DNA of 45,964 nt, taken from assembly GCA_964552485.1 (NCBI GenBank), contig CAZKHH010000002.1, positions 1 through 45,964 of the forward strand, given 5' to 3'. Origin of the DNA: an uncultured Dehalococcoidales bacterium (GTDB lineage: Bacteria; Chloroflexota; Dehalococcoidia; GIF9; AB-539-J10). Under the pieces are notes generated by a model. It ran no database searches. It had not been told where the DNA came from and worked only from the letters and a program-made list of their open reading frames with translations. The position numbers and the translations under genes are program-made. Within the stretch, counting starts at the first letter, position 1. Each line of letters opens with the position of its first letter. Below, one piece after another: positions 18,127 through 26,957 of the stretch.

Positions 18127-18155
18127 ATTATAGCACAGGGTCAATTCGTTGACCA
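18127..18155 (-). promoter_or_regulatory. Candidate rpsO promoter (TGGTCA-N17-TATAAT), implying a leaderless mRNA
   Basis: On the minus strand the -10 hexamer TATAAT lies at 18127-18132 and the -35 hexamer TGGTCA at 18150-18155. Only 8 nt separate the -10 from the rpsO ATG at 18118. Confidence 0.5.
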
Positions 18156-18177
18156 CAAAGGGCGGAGCCGCTATACT
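18149..18177 (+). promoter_or_regulatory. Candidate purF promoter (TTGACC-N17-TATACT)
   Basis: TTGACC lies at 18149-18154 and TATACT at 18172-18177, with a 17-nt spacer. There are 17 nt between the -10 and the ATG at 18195. The -35 overlaps the divergent rpsO -35. Confidence 0.6.
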
Positions 18178-18194
18178 GAGGCCGAAGACTCTTC

Positions 18195-19574
18195 ATGCAC
18201 GAAAGCTGCGGCATCTTCGGCGTCTACGCCCCCGGACTGGACATTGCGCGACTCACGTTCTTCGCTCTGTTCGCGCTTCAACATCGCGGACAAGAAGGAG
18301 CAGGAATCGCCGTCACGGATGGTGATTCCCTCTCAGTGAGCGCCGGCCCGGGTCTTGTTTCTCACGTGTTCGAGGAAGATGACCTCTCTCGCCTGACAGG
18401 CCATGCGAGCATCGGCCATACATGCTATTCAGCGGCCGGTTCACACGCGCCAGCGGTAATCCAGCCAATCGCGGTCCAGATGGGCGAGTGGAGACTGGCC
18501 GTGGCCCACAACGGAAACATCACCAATTCGATCACGCTCCGCAATGAACTAGAAACACGCGGGTGTTCTTTCGAGACCACAAGTGACGCCGAGGTCATCG
18601 CGTGGCTTATCGCAACAGCCTACGGCGGAACGTGGCATGAGAAAGTGGCTCACAGCCTTCCGCGGCTCCAGGGATCGTATTCTCTCGCGATTCTCACGCC
18701 CGAGACACTCATTGCAGCCCGTGACCCGTTGGGGGTGCGTCCTCTCTGTATGGGCACCCTGGATGGCGGACGGGTCGTAGCATCCGAGAGTTGTGCGCTC
18801 GACCACATAGGGGCACGCTTCGAACGTGACATCGTTCCGGGTGAGGCAGTCTTCATCGACACGAATCAGTCTTCATTTGTTCAACAGAAGGACGGCAAGC
18901 GCGCTTCGTGCGTATTCGAGCACATCTATTTTGCTCGGCCGGACAGCACCATCGAAGGCAGGCTCGTGTATCGTGCGAGGCTTGCAATGGGCGCGAACCT
19001 CGCAGAGGAATACCCGGTCGACGCCGACCTGGTGGTGGGTGTGCCCGATTCGGCAACCGCCGCCGCCATTGGTTACGCACAAGCATCCGGCATACCGTAC
19101 CGGGAGGGACTGCTGAAGAACCGGTACGTGGGACGGACATTCATCGCACCCGACCAGAGGCTTCGCGATCTCGGTGTGCAGCTCAAGTTCAATCCGCTTG
19201 CGAGCATCATCCGAGGGAAACGGATTATCGTGGTCGATGACAGCATCGTCCGCGGCACGACTACTCCCCATGTTGTGAACCTGCTCAAGCAGGCGGGGGC
19301 CAGCGAGGTCCATATGAGGATTTGCGCCCCGCCGCTGCGTCATCCGTGCGCACTCGGAGTGGACATGGCCTCGGAATGGGAGCTTATCGCGGCCAGAATG
19401 AGCGTGCCTGGGATTCAGGAATACCTTGGGGTCGACTCGCTCGGCTACCTCAGCATAGAAGGTCTCATCGAAGCCGTAGGAGTACCCCGGGAGCTCCTCT
19501 GTCTCGCATGTATCAACGGCGAGTACCCCCTTCCCGTACAGATGGGCTTTGCCGGCCTGGGAATGGAAAGCTGA
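18195..19574 (+). CDS. purF: Amidophosphoribosyltransferase
   Basis: The sequence begins MHES-CGIFGV, with the N-terminal nucleophile Cys following a short propeptide. It also contains the Ntn amidotransferase pattern and the PRTase motif VVDDSIVRGTT. Confidence 0.95.
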   Translation: MHESCGIFGVYAPGLDIARLTFFALFALQHRGQEGAGIAVTDGDSLSVSAGPGLVSHVFEEDDLSRLTGHASIGHTCYSAAGSHAPAVIQPIAVQMGEWRLAVAHNGNITNSITLRNELETRGCSFETTSDAEVIAWLIATAYGGTWHEKVAHSLPRLQGSYSLAILTPETLIAARDPLGVRPLCMGTLDGGRVVASESCALDHIGARFERDIVPGEAVFIDTNQSSFVQQKDGKRASCVFEHIYFARPDSTIEGRLVYRARLAMGANLAEEYPVDADLVVGVPDSATAAAIGYAQASGIPYREGLLKNRYVGRTFIAPDQRLRDLGVQLKFNPLASIIRGKRIIVVDDSIVRGTTTPHVVNLLKQAGASEVHMRICAPPLRHPCALGVDMASEWELIAARMSVPGIQEYLGVDSLGYLSIEGLIEAVGVPRELLCLACINGEYPLPVQMGFAGLGMES

Positions 19575-19575
19575 C

Positions 19576-20607
19576 ATGGCATCCGGACAAGCAAACGGGG
19601 CCGACGCATACGCCTCGGCGGGCGTCGACATCCTGGCTGCCGATGCCATCAAGAGACGCATATCCCGCTTGATCGAGGTTACTCTGGACGAGCACACGCT
19701 CGGCATCGGGTCCTTCGGCTCCCTGTTTCGCCTCGGCACATTCTCCGACCCTGTCCTTGTCTCAAGTTGTGACGGCGTGGGCACCAAGCTCAAAATAGCC
19801 TCCCTGATGAACACCCACACGACGATTGGACGGGATATCGTCAACCACTGCATCAATGACATCCTCTGCTCTGGAGCCATGCCGCTCTTCTTCCTCGACT
19901 ACATTGCATCGGCGAAACTTGACCCGGCATGCACTGCGGATATCGTCGCCGGCCTTTCAGATGCCTGCCGCGAGGCGGGGGTTGCCCTCATCGGCGGGGA
20001 GACAGCAGAAATGCCGGGTTTCTATATCGAAGGTGTGTATGACCTCGTCGGTTTTGTCGTTGGCGTAGTGGAGCGTGCAGGGGTAATAGACGGAAGCGCC
20101 GTACGTGAAGGCGATGTGATTCTCGGTCTTCCCTCATCGGGACTGCACACCAACGGGTATTCGCTCGCGCGCCACGTATTCAATGTGGACAGTAACCCGG
20201 CCATCCTCGACCAGATACCTGAAGGATTGCAGCGAACGCTTGGACAGGAATTGCTTGAACCACACCGACCGTATCACACTATCCTGTCTCCCTTTCTCGA
20301 TAGGGTCCACGCCATTGCGCACATCACGGGTGGCGGGTTTCAAGGCAACATCCCGCGCGTATTGCCAGATGGGCTGGCGGCGCAGGTTGAGACAGGCTCG
20401 TGGGAAACCCCTGGGATCTTCAGGCTCATTCAGGCAAGAGGGAATATCACGCGGGATGAGATGTACCGCGTGTTCAACATGGGTATCGGCATGGTGGTCA
20501 TAACGTCACCGGAGGAGGCGTCACGACTGACAGCCTCTATCCCCGACATGTACAGTATCGGAAGCATCGCCGCGCGCAAGGGCGGCGAACAGGTCATTCT
20601 CAGTTAG
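19576..20607 (+). CDS. purM: Phosphoribosylformylglycinamidine cyclo-ligase (AIR synthetase)
   Basis: The motifs YASAGVDI, DGVGTKL and GGETAEMPG are present. The ATG at 19576 lies 1 nt after the purF stop codon. Confidence 0.95.
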   Translation: MASGQANGADAYASAGVDILAADAIKRRISRLIEVTLDEHTLGIGSFGSLFRLGTFSDPVLVSSCDGVGTKLKIASLMNTHTTIGRDIVNHCINDILCSGAMPLFFLDYIASAKLDPACTADIVAGLSDACREAGVALIGGETAEMPGFYIEGVYDLVGFVVGVVERAGVIDGSAVREGDVILGLPSSGLHTNGYSLARHVFNVDSNPAILDQIPEGLQRTLGQELLEPHRPYHTILSPFLDRVHAIAHITGGGFQGNIPRVLPDGLAAQVETGSWETPGIFRLIQARGNITRDEMYRVFNMGIGMVVITSPEEASRLTASIPDMYSIGSIAARKGGEQVILS

Positions 20608-20615
20608 GGGGCAGA

Positions 20616-22139
20616 ATGAGAGCCATTCTCAGTGTTTCGAACAAAGCAGGAATCGTAGACTTTGCACGTGGCCTGCGGGAACTTGGAGTTGAACTCTACA
20701 GCACCGGGGGAACGAAGAAGGCCCTTGACGACTCGGGTATCGAGGTTGCCAGTATCTCGGCTCTTACCGATTTCCCGGAGATACTCGATGGTCGACTCAA
20801 GACTCTTCATCCGGCCGTACACGGGGGCATCCTCGCACGGCGTGACCTTCCTGATCACATGTCAGCGCTGGAACAGATGGGCATCGGCACCATCGATCTG
20901 GTCATCGTCAACCTGTATCCATTCGTGCAGACTGTGACCCGCACCGGGGTAACACTCGAAGAAGCAATCGAGAACATCGACATCGGTGGGCCGACCATGA
21001 TTCGCTCGGCCGCCAAGAACTATGAGGCGGTCGCAGTCGTGGTAGACCCTGGCGACTACGAATGGGTCCTCGCTGAACTCAAGGGCGAAAAGCTGGACAC
21101 ATCGGGCCGGCTGAAGCTCGCGCGCAAAGCGTTTCAACACACCGCGAGCTACGATACGGCCATTGCCCAGTATCTGCGCGATGAAGCATTCCCCGAAGAC
21201 ATGACCATCGCGATGAAGAAGGCTTTCGACCTCCGCTACGGCGAGAATCCTCGTCAGCGGGCCTGCTATTACACTATGCAGGACGTGAAAGCGGTAGACA
21301 AAGGCCTCGGCGACCTGATCCATCTGAGCGGGCCGGAAATATCGTTCAACAACCTGCTCGATTTCGATTCCGCCCTGAACACACTGGTCGGATTCGCGAA
21401 ACCTACCGTTGCGGTCTTAAAGCATACAAACCCCTGTGGGCTGGCCAGTAGAGACTCGCTGACAGAGGCGTACGGGCTTGCCCTGTCGGGCGATCCTGTT
21501 GCAGCGTTCGGCGGCGTCGTCGCATGCAACAGGCCTGTGGACCTCGCAACTGCCCAGGAGATAGATAAGACCCATTATGACGCCATCATCGCCCCTGACT
21601 ATGAAGACAAGGCAGTCGCGCTTCTATCGCAGAAGAAGAGTCTTCGAATCGTGAAGGCTCCGTTCCCAGCGGAAGAAGACGACACACTCGAGTTCCGGCA
21701 CGTTCGTGGAGGGCTTCTCGTTCAGAATCGCGACGTGATAGGTGGTGACGAACTCACGCCCGGGACGGCATCGAAACGGGAACCCACTGCCACGGAGATG
21801 GATGATCTCCTCTTCGCATGGAGAGCAGTGAAAGCCATCAAATCTAACGCCATAGCTCTTGTTAAGGACTCCGTACTCGTTGGCATGGGCGCAGGACAAC
21901 CTTCACGAGTGGAATCAGTCGCCATCGCGATAAAGAAGGCGGGAGAGCGCACACAGGGTTCCGTTCTCGCAAGCGACGCCTTCTTCCCGTTTGCTGACGG
22001 TCCCGAGCTTGCACTGGAGGCCGGAGTTACTGCAATGATCGAGCCCGGCGGCTCGGTGCGCGACAACGAGGTGATTGAATCCGTCGATAAGAAAGGGGCT
22101 GCCCTGGTCTTCACGGGCGCACGCCACTTCAAGCACTGA
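20616..22139 (+). CDS. purH: Bifunctional AICAR transformylase / IMP cyclohydrolase
   Basis: The sequence contains MRAILSVSNKAGIVDFAR, the MGS-like domain, KTLHPAVHGGIL and C-terminal FTGARHFKH. Confidence 0.97.
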   Translation: MRAILSVSNKAGIVDFARGLRELGVELYSTGGTKKALDDSGIEVASISALTDFPEILDGRLKTLHPAVHGGILARRDLPDHMSALEQMGIGTIDLVIVNLYPFVQTVTRTGVTLEEAIENIDIGGPTMIRSAAKNYEAVAVVVDPGDYEWVLAELKGEKLDTSGRLKLARKAFQHTASYDTAIAQYLRDEAFPEDMTIAMKKAFDLRYGENPRQRACYYTMQDVKAVDKGLGDLIHLSGPEISFNNLLDFDSALNTLVGFAKPTVAVLKHTNPCGLASRDSLTEAYGLALSGDPVAAFGGVVACNRPVDLATAQEIDKTHYDAIIAPDYEDKAVALLSQKKSLRIVKAPFPAEEDDTLEFRHVRGGLLVQNRDVIGGDELTPGTASKREPTATEMDDLLFAWRAVKAIKSNAIALVKDSVLVGMGAGQPSRVESVAIAIKKAGERTQGSVLASDAFFPFADGPELALEAGVTAMIEPGGSVRDNEVIESVDKKGAALVFTGARHFKH

Positions 22140-22161
22140 CACAGACAGCAAGAACACTGGG

Positions 22162-23688
22162 ATGTCACGAGTACTCCTTATAGTCGACATGGTCAGGGGC
22201 TTCCTTGAAGAGGACTATCCTCTGTATTGCGGCGCGGGCGCCAGGAGGATTATCCCTGCAGTGGCACAGCTTGCGGAGCGCGAGCGTGCCGCAGGCACGC
22301 CCGTCCTGTTCGCATGTGATTGTCACACGCTTGACGACCCTGAGTTCAATCAGTTCCCCCTGCATTGCGTCAGAGGAACAGCCGAGTGTGAGGTGCTTCC
22401 CGAACTGGTGGCAGAGACAGACTCGAGGATCGAAAAGGCTACGTTCAGTGCGTTTTCGGACACAAAACTGGTGGACCGTTTGCAGGAACTGAACGCCCGC
22501 ACACTGGTGATATGCGGCGTCTCCACAGACGTATGCGTTATGCACACCGTGGCCGACGCGCGGAAGCTAGGATATCAAGTGGAAGTACCAGTCGACTGTG
22601 TAGCTTCGCTCGACCAGCGCAATCACCTCTTCGCGCTTGACCACATGGAACACGTGCTTGGAGCCCGTCTGACTTCCACCTCCACACCTCCGTTGCGCAC
22701 GGAATGGAACATACCGGCCGACTGGCTTAGAGGCGATACCGCCGATGTGTACTTCCCGCGAACGGTTGAGATATTGCGTAAGGAAGGCATAAACCCGGTT
22801 GTGACGATGGAGGTGTTCCCGCGTCGCGACGGCATTCTATGCGGCATAGAAGAGGCAAAGGAGCTTCTTCGGCAGGTGCTGCCCGCCGGCGAGTCCGAAG
22901 TCTGGGCGCTTTCTGAGGGAGACGTCATTTCCAGGAAAGAGATCGCCCTGCGGATCAAAGCACCATACCAATCGTTCGGGGTCTATGAGACATGCTATCT
23001 TGGTATTCTGGCGCACTGTAGCGGCTGGGCGACAGCAGCACGTGAGTGCGTGGAGGCAGCCCGCGGAGTGCAGGTCATCAGCTTCGGAGCTCGACATGTT
23101 CACCCTTCAGTTGTGAATGTCATGGAATACTCAGCAATCGTGGGCGGCTGCAAAGGCTGTGCGAGCGCTGCGGGAGCGCGCCTTGCAGGACTCGATCCGG
23201 TGGGTACGATTCCTCATGCACTGATAATCATCATGGGGTCGACGGCCGCTGCCACACTTGCCTTCGATCGCGAGATGACCGCTGACGTGCCTCGGATAGC
23301 TCTGGTGGACACATTCGAAGATGAGGTCAGGGAAAGCGTCGCGGTCGCAAAGGCGATGAAAGGCCGCCTTATGGGAGTACGTCTGGATACACCCTCTGAA
23401 CGTGGGCGCGTCACAGCCGAACTGGTGAAGGAAGTGCGGGCCTGGCTTGATCTCGAGGGATTTCCGGATGTTCGCATTGCGGTGAGTGGAGGACTTGATC
23501 CAGAGAGAATACGATACTTCCTGCGAGAGCGTGCTCCGGTTGATCTCTTCGCCGTTGGAAGCTACATAAGTGACGCGCAGCCACTCGATTTCACAGCCGA
23601 CCTTCACGAGGTAGATGGCAAGCCAATTGCCAAGCGCGGCAGGATGCCAGGCGTCACTCCGAATGCAAGGCTGAAACGCGTACTCTAG
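22162..23688 (+). CDS. Fusion protein: N-terminal nicotinamidase/isochorismatase-family hydrolase plus C-terminal nicotinate phosphoribosyltransferase (archaeal-type)
   Basis: Residues 1 to about 185 carry LLIVDMVRGF and the nucleophile context VICGVSTDVCVMHT, typical of PncA-like hydrolases. The remainder has type II PRTase features (SFGARHVHP, PVGTIPHALII, VRLDTPSERG). The two parts form one uninterrupted frame. I prefer the ATG at 22162 over the 22075 extension, which overlaps purH. Confidence 0.8.
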   Translation: MSRVLLIVDMVRGFLEEDYPLYCGAGARRIIPAVAQLAERERAAGTPVLFACDCHTLDDPEFNQFPLHCVRGTAECEVLPELVAETDSRIEKATFSAFSDTKLVDRLQELNARTLVICGVSTDVCVMHTVADARKLGYQVEVPVDCVASLDQRNHLFALDHMEHVLGARLTSTSTPPLRTEWNIPADWLRGDTADVYFPRTVEILRKEGINPVVTMEVFPRRDGILCGIEEAKELLRQVLPAGESEVWALSEGDVISRKEIALRIKAPYQSFGVYETCYLGILAHCSGWATAARECVEAARGVQVISFGARHVHPSVVNVMEYSAIVGGCKGCASAAGARLAGLDPVGTIPHALIIIMGSTAAATLAFDREMTADVPRIALVDTFEDEVRESVAVAKAMKGRLMGVRLDTPSERGRVTAELVKEVRAWLDLEGFPDVRIAVSGGLDPERIRYFLRERAPVDLFAVGSYISDAQPLDFTADLHEVDGKPIAKRGRMPGVTPNARLKRVL

Positions 23689-23706
23689 CCCGGCTCTGCG
23701 GGCACC

Positions 23707-24843
23707 GTGTCATCCATCAACGCCAGATTCGAGCCACCCAGCTATAGAATGCAATCTCCCGGACACAGAACAGGCGTCGCCAACCTTCCTTTGCACGTAG
23801 GGCATGCTCCGCCCTGGCTGTTCCAACGCATGGCCAGGCTGTCCCGGGAAGTCGTGTCCGTTATCATCCTCGACTCGGGTCCCGATCAAGTGTTGCGCCG
23901 GCTGTCTGACCCGTACTGGTTTCAGGCATTCGGTTGTGTCCTCGGTTATGACTGGCATTCGAGCGGCGTTACAACGACCGTGTGTGGCGCACTCAGGGCC
24001 GGACTCAAGGGAACGCAGCACGAACTCGGGCTCTATGTCGCTGGCGGAAAAGGGCGAACGGCCCGAGGCACACCTGCTGACATCGAGGCGACGGGCGAGT
24101 CGATAGCAGTCGATCCGGCCGGACTGGTGTACGCGAGCAGGCTGTCAGCGAAGGTCGACAATGTTGCGCTGCAGGATGGCTACAGTCTCTATCACCACTC
24201 GTTCTTCTTCACAAGAGAGGGTAGATGGGCGGTAGTTCAGCAAGGCATGAACACAACCTCACGGTACGCACGAAGATACCACTGGCTGGGCGAGAAGGTC
24301 TCAGACTTCACGAACGAGCCGCAGTCAGCCATATGCTCCTCCGTACGCGCCGCAGCCCTCAATCTCGTCGCATCGGAGAGTGAGCAGACACGCACTGTCA
24401 TCACGGACATCGCGCGGAACAATGAGCCACACAGGCTGATATCAGAACTGAAGCGGGCCACTCTCTCTATGCCACGCAGTGAATATGTGGCAGCTTCTGA
24501 CATAAGCATCCCGAGAATAGCACGCACGCTCGAATCCATCGGGCAGCGGCCTCCCAGCACTTTCGAGGGACTACTCGCACTAGACGGCGTTGGACCAAAG
24601 ACGATGAGGGCCCTGGCCCTGATTTCGGATGTGATCTATAGCACGCCCGCGAGCCTGAGGGATCCCGCCACATTCAGCTTCGCACATGGCGGCAAGGACG
24701 GCTACCCTTTTCCCGTTGAGCGGGCGTTATACGATAGGACCATTGAGACACTAGCCGAGGCCGTACATCGCGCGAGGCTGGGAGACAGAGAGAAAGTGGA
24801 TGCGCTCCGACGACTCGGCTCGACGCACAAGTCTGCCAGGTGA
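23707..24843 (+). CDS. DUF763-like protein with a helix-hairpin-helix motif (function unknown)
   Basis: The 378-aa ORF (GTG at 23707, alternative ATG at 23749) contains LPLHVGHAPPWLF and YDWHSSG, which I recall from DUF763. The HhH-like segment is LLALDGVGPKTMRALALISDVIY. Confidence 0.6.
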   Translation: MSSINARFEPPSYRMQSPGHRTGVANLPLHVGHAPPWLFQRMARLSREVVSVIILDSGPDQVLRRLSDPYWFQAFGCVLGYDWHSSGVTTTVCGALRAGLKGTQHELGLYVAGGKGRTARGTPADIEATGESIAVDPAGLVYASRLSAKVDNVALQDGYSLYHHSFFFTREGRWAVVQQGMNTTSRYARRYHWLGEKVSDFTNEPQSAICSSVRAAALNLVASESEQTRTVITDIARNNEPHRLISELKRATLSMPRSEYVAASDISIPRIARTLESIGQRPPSTFEGLLALDGVGPKTMRALALISDVIYSTPASLRDPATFSFAHGGKDGYPFPVERALYDRTIETLAEAVHRARLGDREKVDALRRLGSTHKSAR

Positions 24844-24894
24844 GGAGACCACGGCCGACGGGCGCCCCCTTAGGAGCAGATAGGAGAACAGCAC

Positions 24895-25368
24895 GTGACA
24901 GGTTTGGACATCGCGATCGTAATTACGGTACTTCTGGCAGCCACCATCGGCTTCTGGAGGGGGATACTCCGGTCAATTATCGGCATTGCAGGTTTCTTTG
25001 CAGGCCTGGTGCTGGCGGCTGCGTGGTACCGCCCGCTGGCTGACGCCCTCTGGCCGAATGAGGGCACATGGGCTTCAGTAGTGAGCTACCTCATTATCCT
25101 GCTGGCCATTCTCGTGCTGACCGGCATCATTGCGGGGGTCGTGAGCCGTACAGTCCACGCGACACCATTTGGCATAGTGGACAGGGTGATCGGCTTTGCG
25201 GTGGCATTTCTGCTTGCGGTGGCAGCCTGGATAGTGCTACTCGCGCTGGTTCTGGCACTTGCCCCGGGTTCTTCGACCACGATTTCGCAATCGTTTCTCG
25301 CACATCTGCTGCTGAGTATGCTCGCAGATACAAGCCCCGCACTTTCGAATGTGACCATGTATTTCTAG
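24895..25368 (+). CDS. cvpA: CvpA family membrane protein
   Basis: The 157-aa protein has 4 predicted TM segments and the N-terminus LDIAIVITVLLAATIGFWRGILRSIIGIAGFFAGL, typical of CvpA. It starts with GTG, preceded by TAGGAGA. Confidence 0.75.
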   Translation: MTGLDIAIVITVLLAATIGFWRGILRSIIGIAGFFAGLVLAAAWYRPLADALWPNEGTWASVVSYLIILLAILVLTGIIAGVVSRTVHATPFGIVDRVIGFAVAFLLAVAAWIVLLALVLALAPGSSTTISQSFLAHLLLSMLADTSPALSNVTMYF

Positions 25369-25402
25369 CACTGGCCACATCCGAAAGCCGGGAGAATGCG
25401 CA

Positions 25403-25729
25403 CTATTCGCCGAGTACGGAATCCAGGATCTTCTTGAGTTCTTTCTTGGGTTTCAGGCCAACCAGTTGCTGCGCCGGCTCGCCATTCTTGAACACGAGCA
25501 TCGTGGGGATAGCGGCAATGCCATACTTGGCAGCGATGGCGCTGTTGTCCTCCACATTCACCTTCGCAAAACCCACTTTCCCTTCGTACTCGCGAGACAG
25601 CTCCTCGATCACCGGTGCCGCAGCCAGACATGGAGCACACCACTGCGCCCAGAAATCGACCAGGACCGGGGTCTCCGCATCCAGTACTTCTGACTTGAAG
25701 TTGTCCTCGCCATTAATGGCTTGTACCAT
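25403..25729 (-). CDS. trxA: Thioredoxin (active site WCAPC)
   Basis: The 108-aa sequence contains VLVDFWAQWCAPC ... IPTMLVFKNGE, a canonical thioredoxin fold with Ala in place of the usual Gly in CGPC. Confidence 0.92.
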   Translation of the reverse strand: MVQAINGEDNFKSEVLDAETPVLVDFWAQWCAPCLAAAPVIEELSREYEGKVGFAKVNVEDNSAIAAKYGIAAIPTMLVFKNGEPAQQLVGLKPKKELKKILDSVLGE

Positions 25730-25744
25730 CGTTGTCTTACCTCC

Positions 25745-26536
25745 TCAATCGTGTATAGGGACGTTTATCCCGAGAAGACGCGTAGCCGCCAGGGTTGTCA
25801 TCTGAGCCACGGTCGCTATCGACTCACCACGCAGCTGCGCCACTCCTTTCAGGCTCCGGACTACATCCACCGGACGCGCCTGATACCTGTCAGAACGACC
25901 ATACCAGACTGGTGTATCTGTTTCCAATAGGAGACGGTCCAGATGCACGGCCCTTACCGCCCTGCGATGCTCTTCATGGTATTCGACGGCGGGAGTAGCC
26001 GAAATGTAGAAGCCAGCCTCCATTATACCCTTGAGGGCACTTGAGAAACCAGTGAACCAGTGAAACACCGCGCGCGTGACGCCGGACTCCAACACCAGGT
26101 TAAGGGCGTCCGTCCATGCGTACCGGCTATGGACGAGCACTGGCTTATCATGGACGTGAGCTATCTCCAGAACTCTGCTGAATATGTCCTTCTGCGCATC
26201 TTTCGAAAAGGCAGCGACGGTCCGCTTGTGGTAGTCAAGACCCACCTCGCCCAGAGCACACGCGGCATCGATGTTCTCGTCTATGAAGCGGAGTTCGCTG
26301 TCCAAGCGTCCCGGATCAGGTTCTGCGATATCGCCAGGATGCAGGCCAAGCGCCGGAAAGACTATGCCGGACCATTGTCGGCACATCTCAAGAATGCGGC
26401 TGTTCGCATCAAGGTCAGTGCCAACCGCGATCATTCCAACAAGTCCTTGTGCCTGTGCTTCGGCCACTGCTGCAGACGGGTCCACCAGTTGGTCGAGATG
26501 AACATGCGTGTCAAAGACACGCAGAATATCACCCAT
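25745..26536 (-). CDS. tatD: TatD family metal-dependent hydrolase
   Basis: The motif VFDTHVHLD and further His/Asp metal-ligand positions (LVHSR, FHWF, LLETD) are present. I prefer the ATG at 26536; the ATG at 26569 is an alternative. Confidence 0.85.
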   Translation of the reverse strand: MGDILRVFDTHVHLDQLVDPSAAVAEAQAQGLVGMIAVGTDLDANSRILEMCRQWSGIVFPALGLHPGDIAEPDPGRLDSELRFIDENIDAACALGEVGLDYHKRTVAAFSKDAQKDIFSRVLEIAHVHDKPVLVHSRYAWTDALNLVLESGVTRAVFHWFTGFSSALKGIMEAGFYISATPAVEYHEEHRRAVRAVHLDRLLLETDTPVWYGRSDRYQARPVDVVRSLKGVAQLRGESIATVAQMTTLAATRLLGINVPIHD

Positions 26537-26834
26537 GCTCGCGCATCCTGCGGCACAAGTCCATAGCATCAGTGGTGGGCTCGTACAGGATCAATGCACC
26601 GCGCCCGCCAGGATGTTTGCTGACAAGTCCGGCGCGAACCAACACCCGTAGCATTGTCTCACCGAAGAATCCGGTCAACTGCAGATAATGATCTGGAACA
26701 GCTCTCCCGGTCTCCTCATACCTGGCGCATATGCGCTGAAGTAATCTGGCAGGCTCGTGGTCGAGGCTGTGTACCAGTTCCTGCATGGTCTCCGTGCTAT
26801 GAATCCTCTCCACGAAATCCTCAAATGCTCCCAT
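26529..26834 (-). CDS. Small hypothetical protein (possible winged-helix fold)
   Basis: The 101-aa ORF has a GAGGAAGG Shine-Dalgarno element 8 nt upstream and overlaps the tatD start by 8 nt. I recognise no family for it. Confidence 0.5.
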   Translation of the reverse strand: MGAFEDFVERIHSTETMQELVHSLDHEPARLLQRICARYEETGRAVPDHYLQLTGFFGETMLRVLVRAGLVSKHPGGRGALILYEPTTDAMDLCRRMREHG

Positions 26835-26915
26835 AAATCATACCTTCCTCATCGTTTGCAGAACGACATTCTAGTCGCATCGACGCTGTTGCGGCAAACG
26901 CCCGGTGCTGACCCG

Positions 26916-26949
26916 TTGACAGTCACACATGGTACTGCTAGTGTGTGAC
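26916..26949 (+). promoter_or_regulatory. padR promoter (TTGACA-N17-TAGTGT) overlapped by an 8-bp inverted repeat, a candidate PadR operator
   Basis: TTGACA lies at 26916-26921 and TAGTGT at 26939-26944. The inverted repeat is GTCACACA (26922-26929) and TGTGTGAC (26942-26949), with a 12-nt spacer. The ATG at 26958 is only 13 nt after the -10. Confidence 0.5.
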
Positions 26950-26957
26950 AGTAAGTC

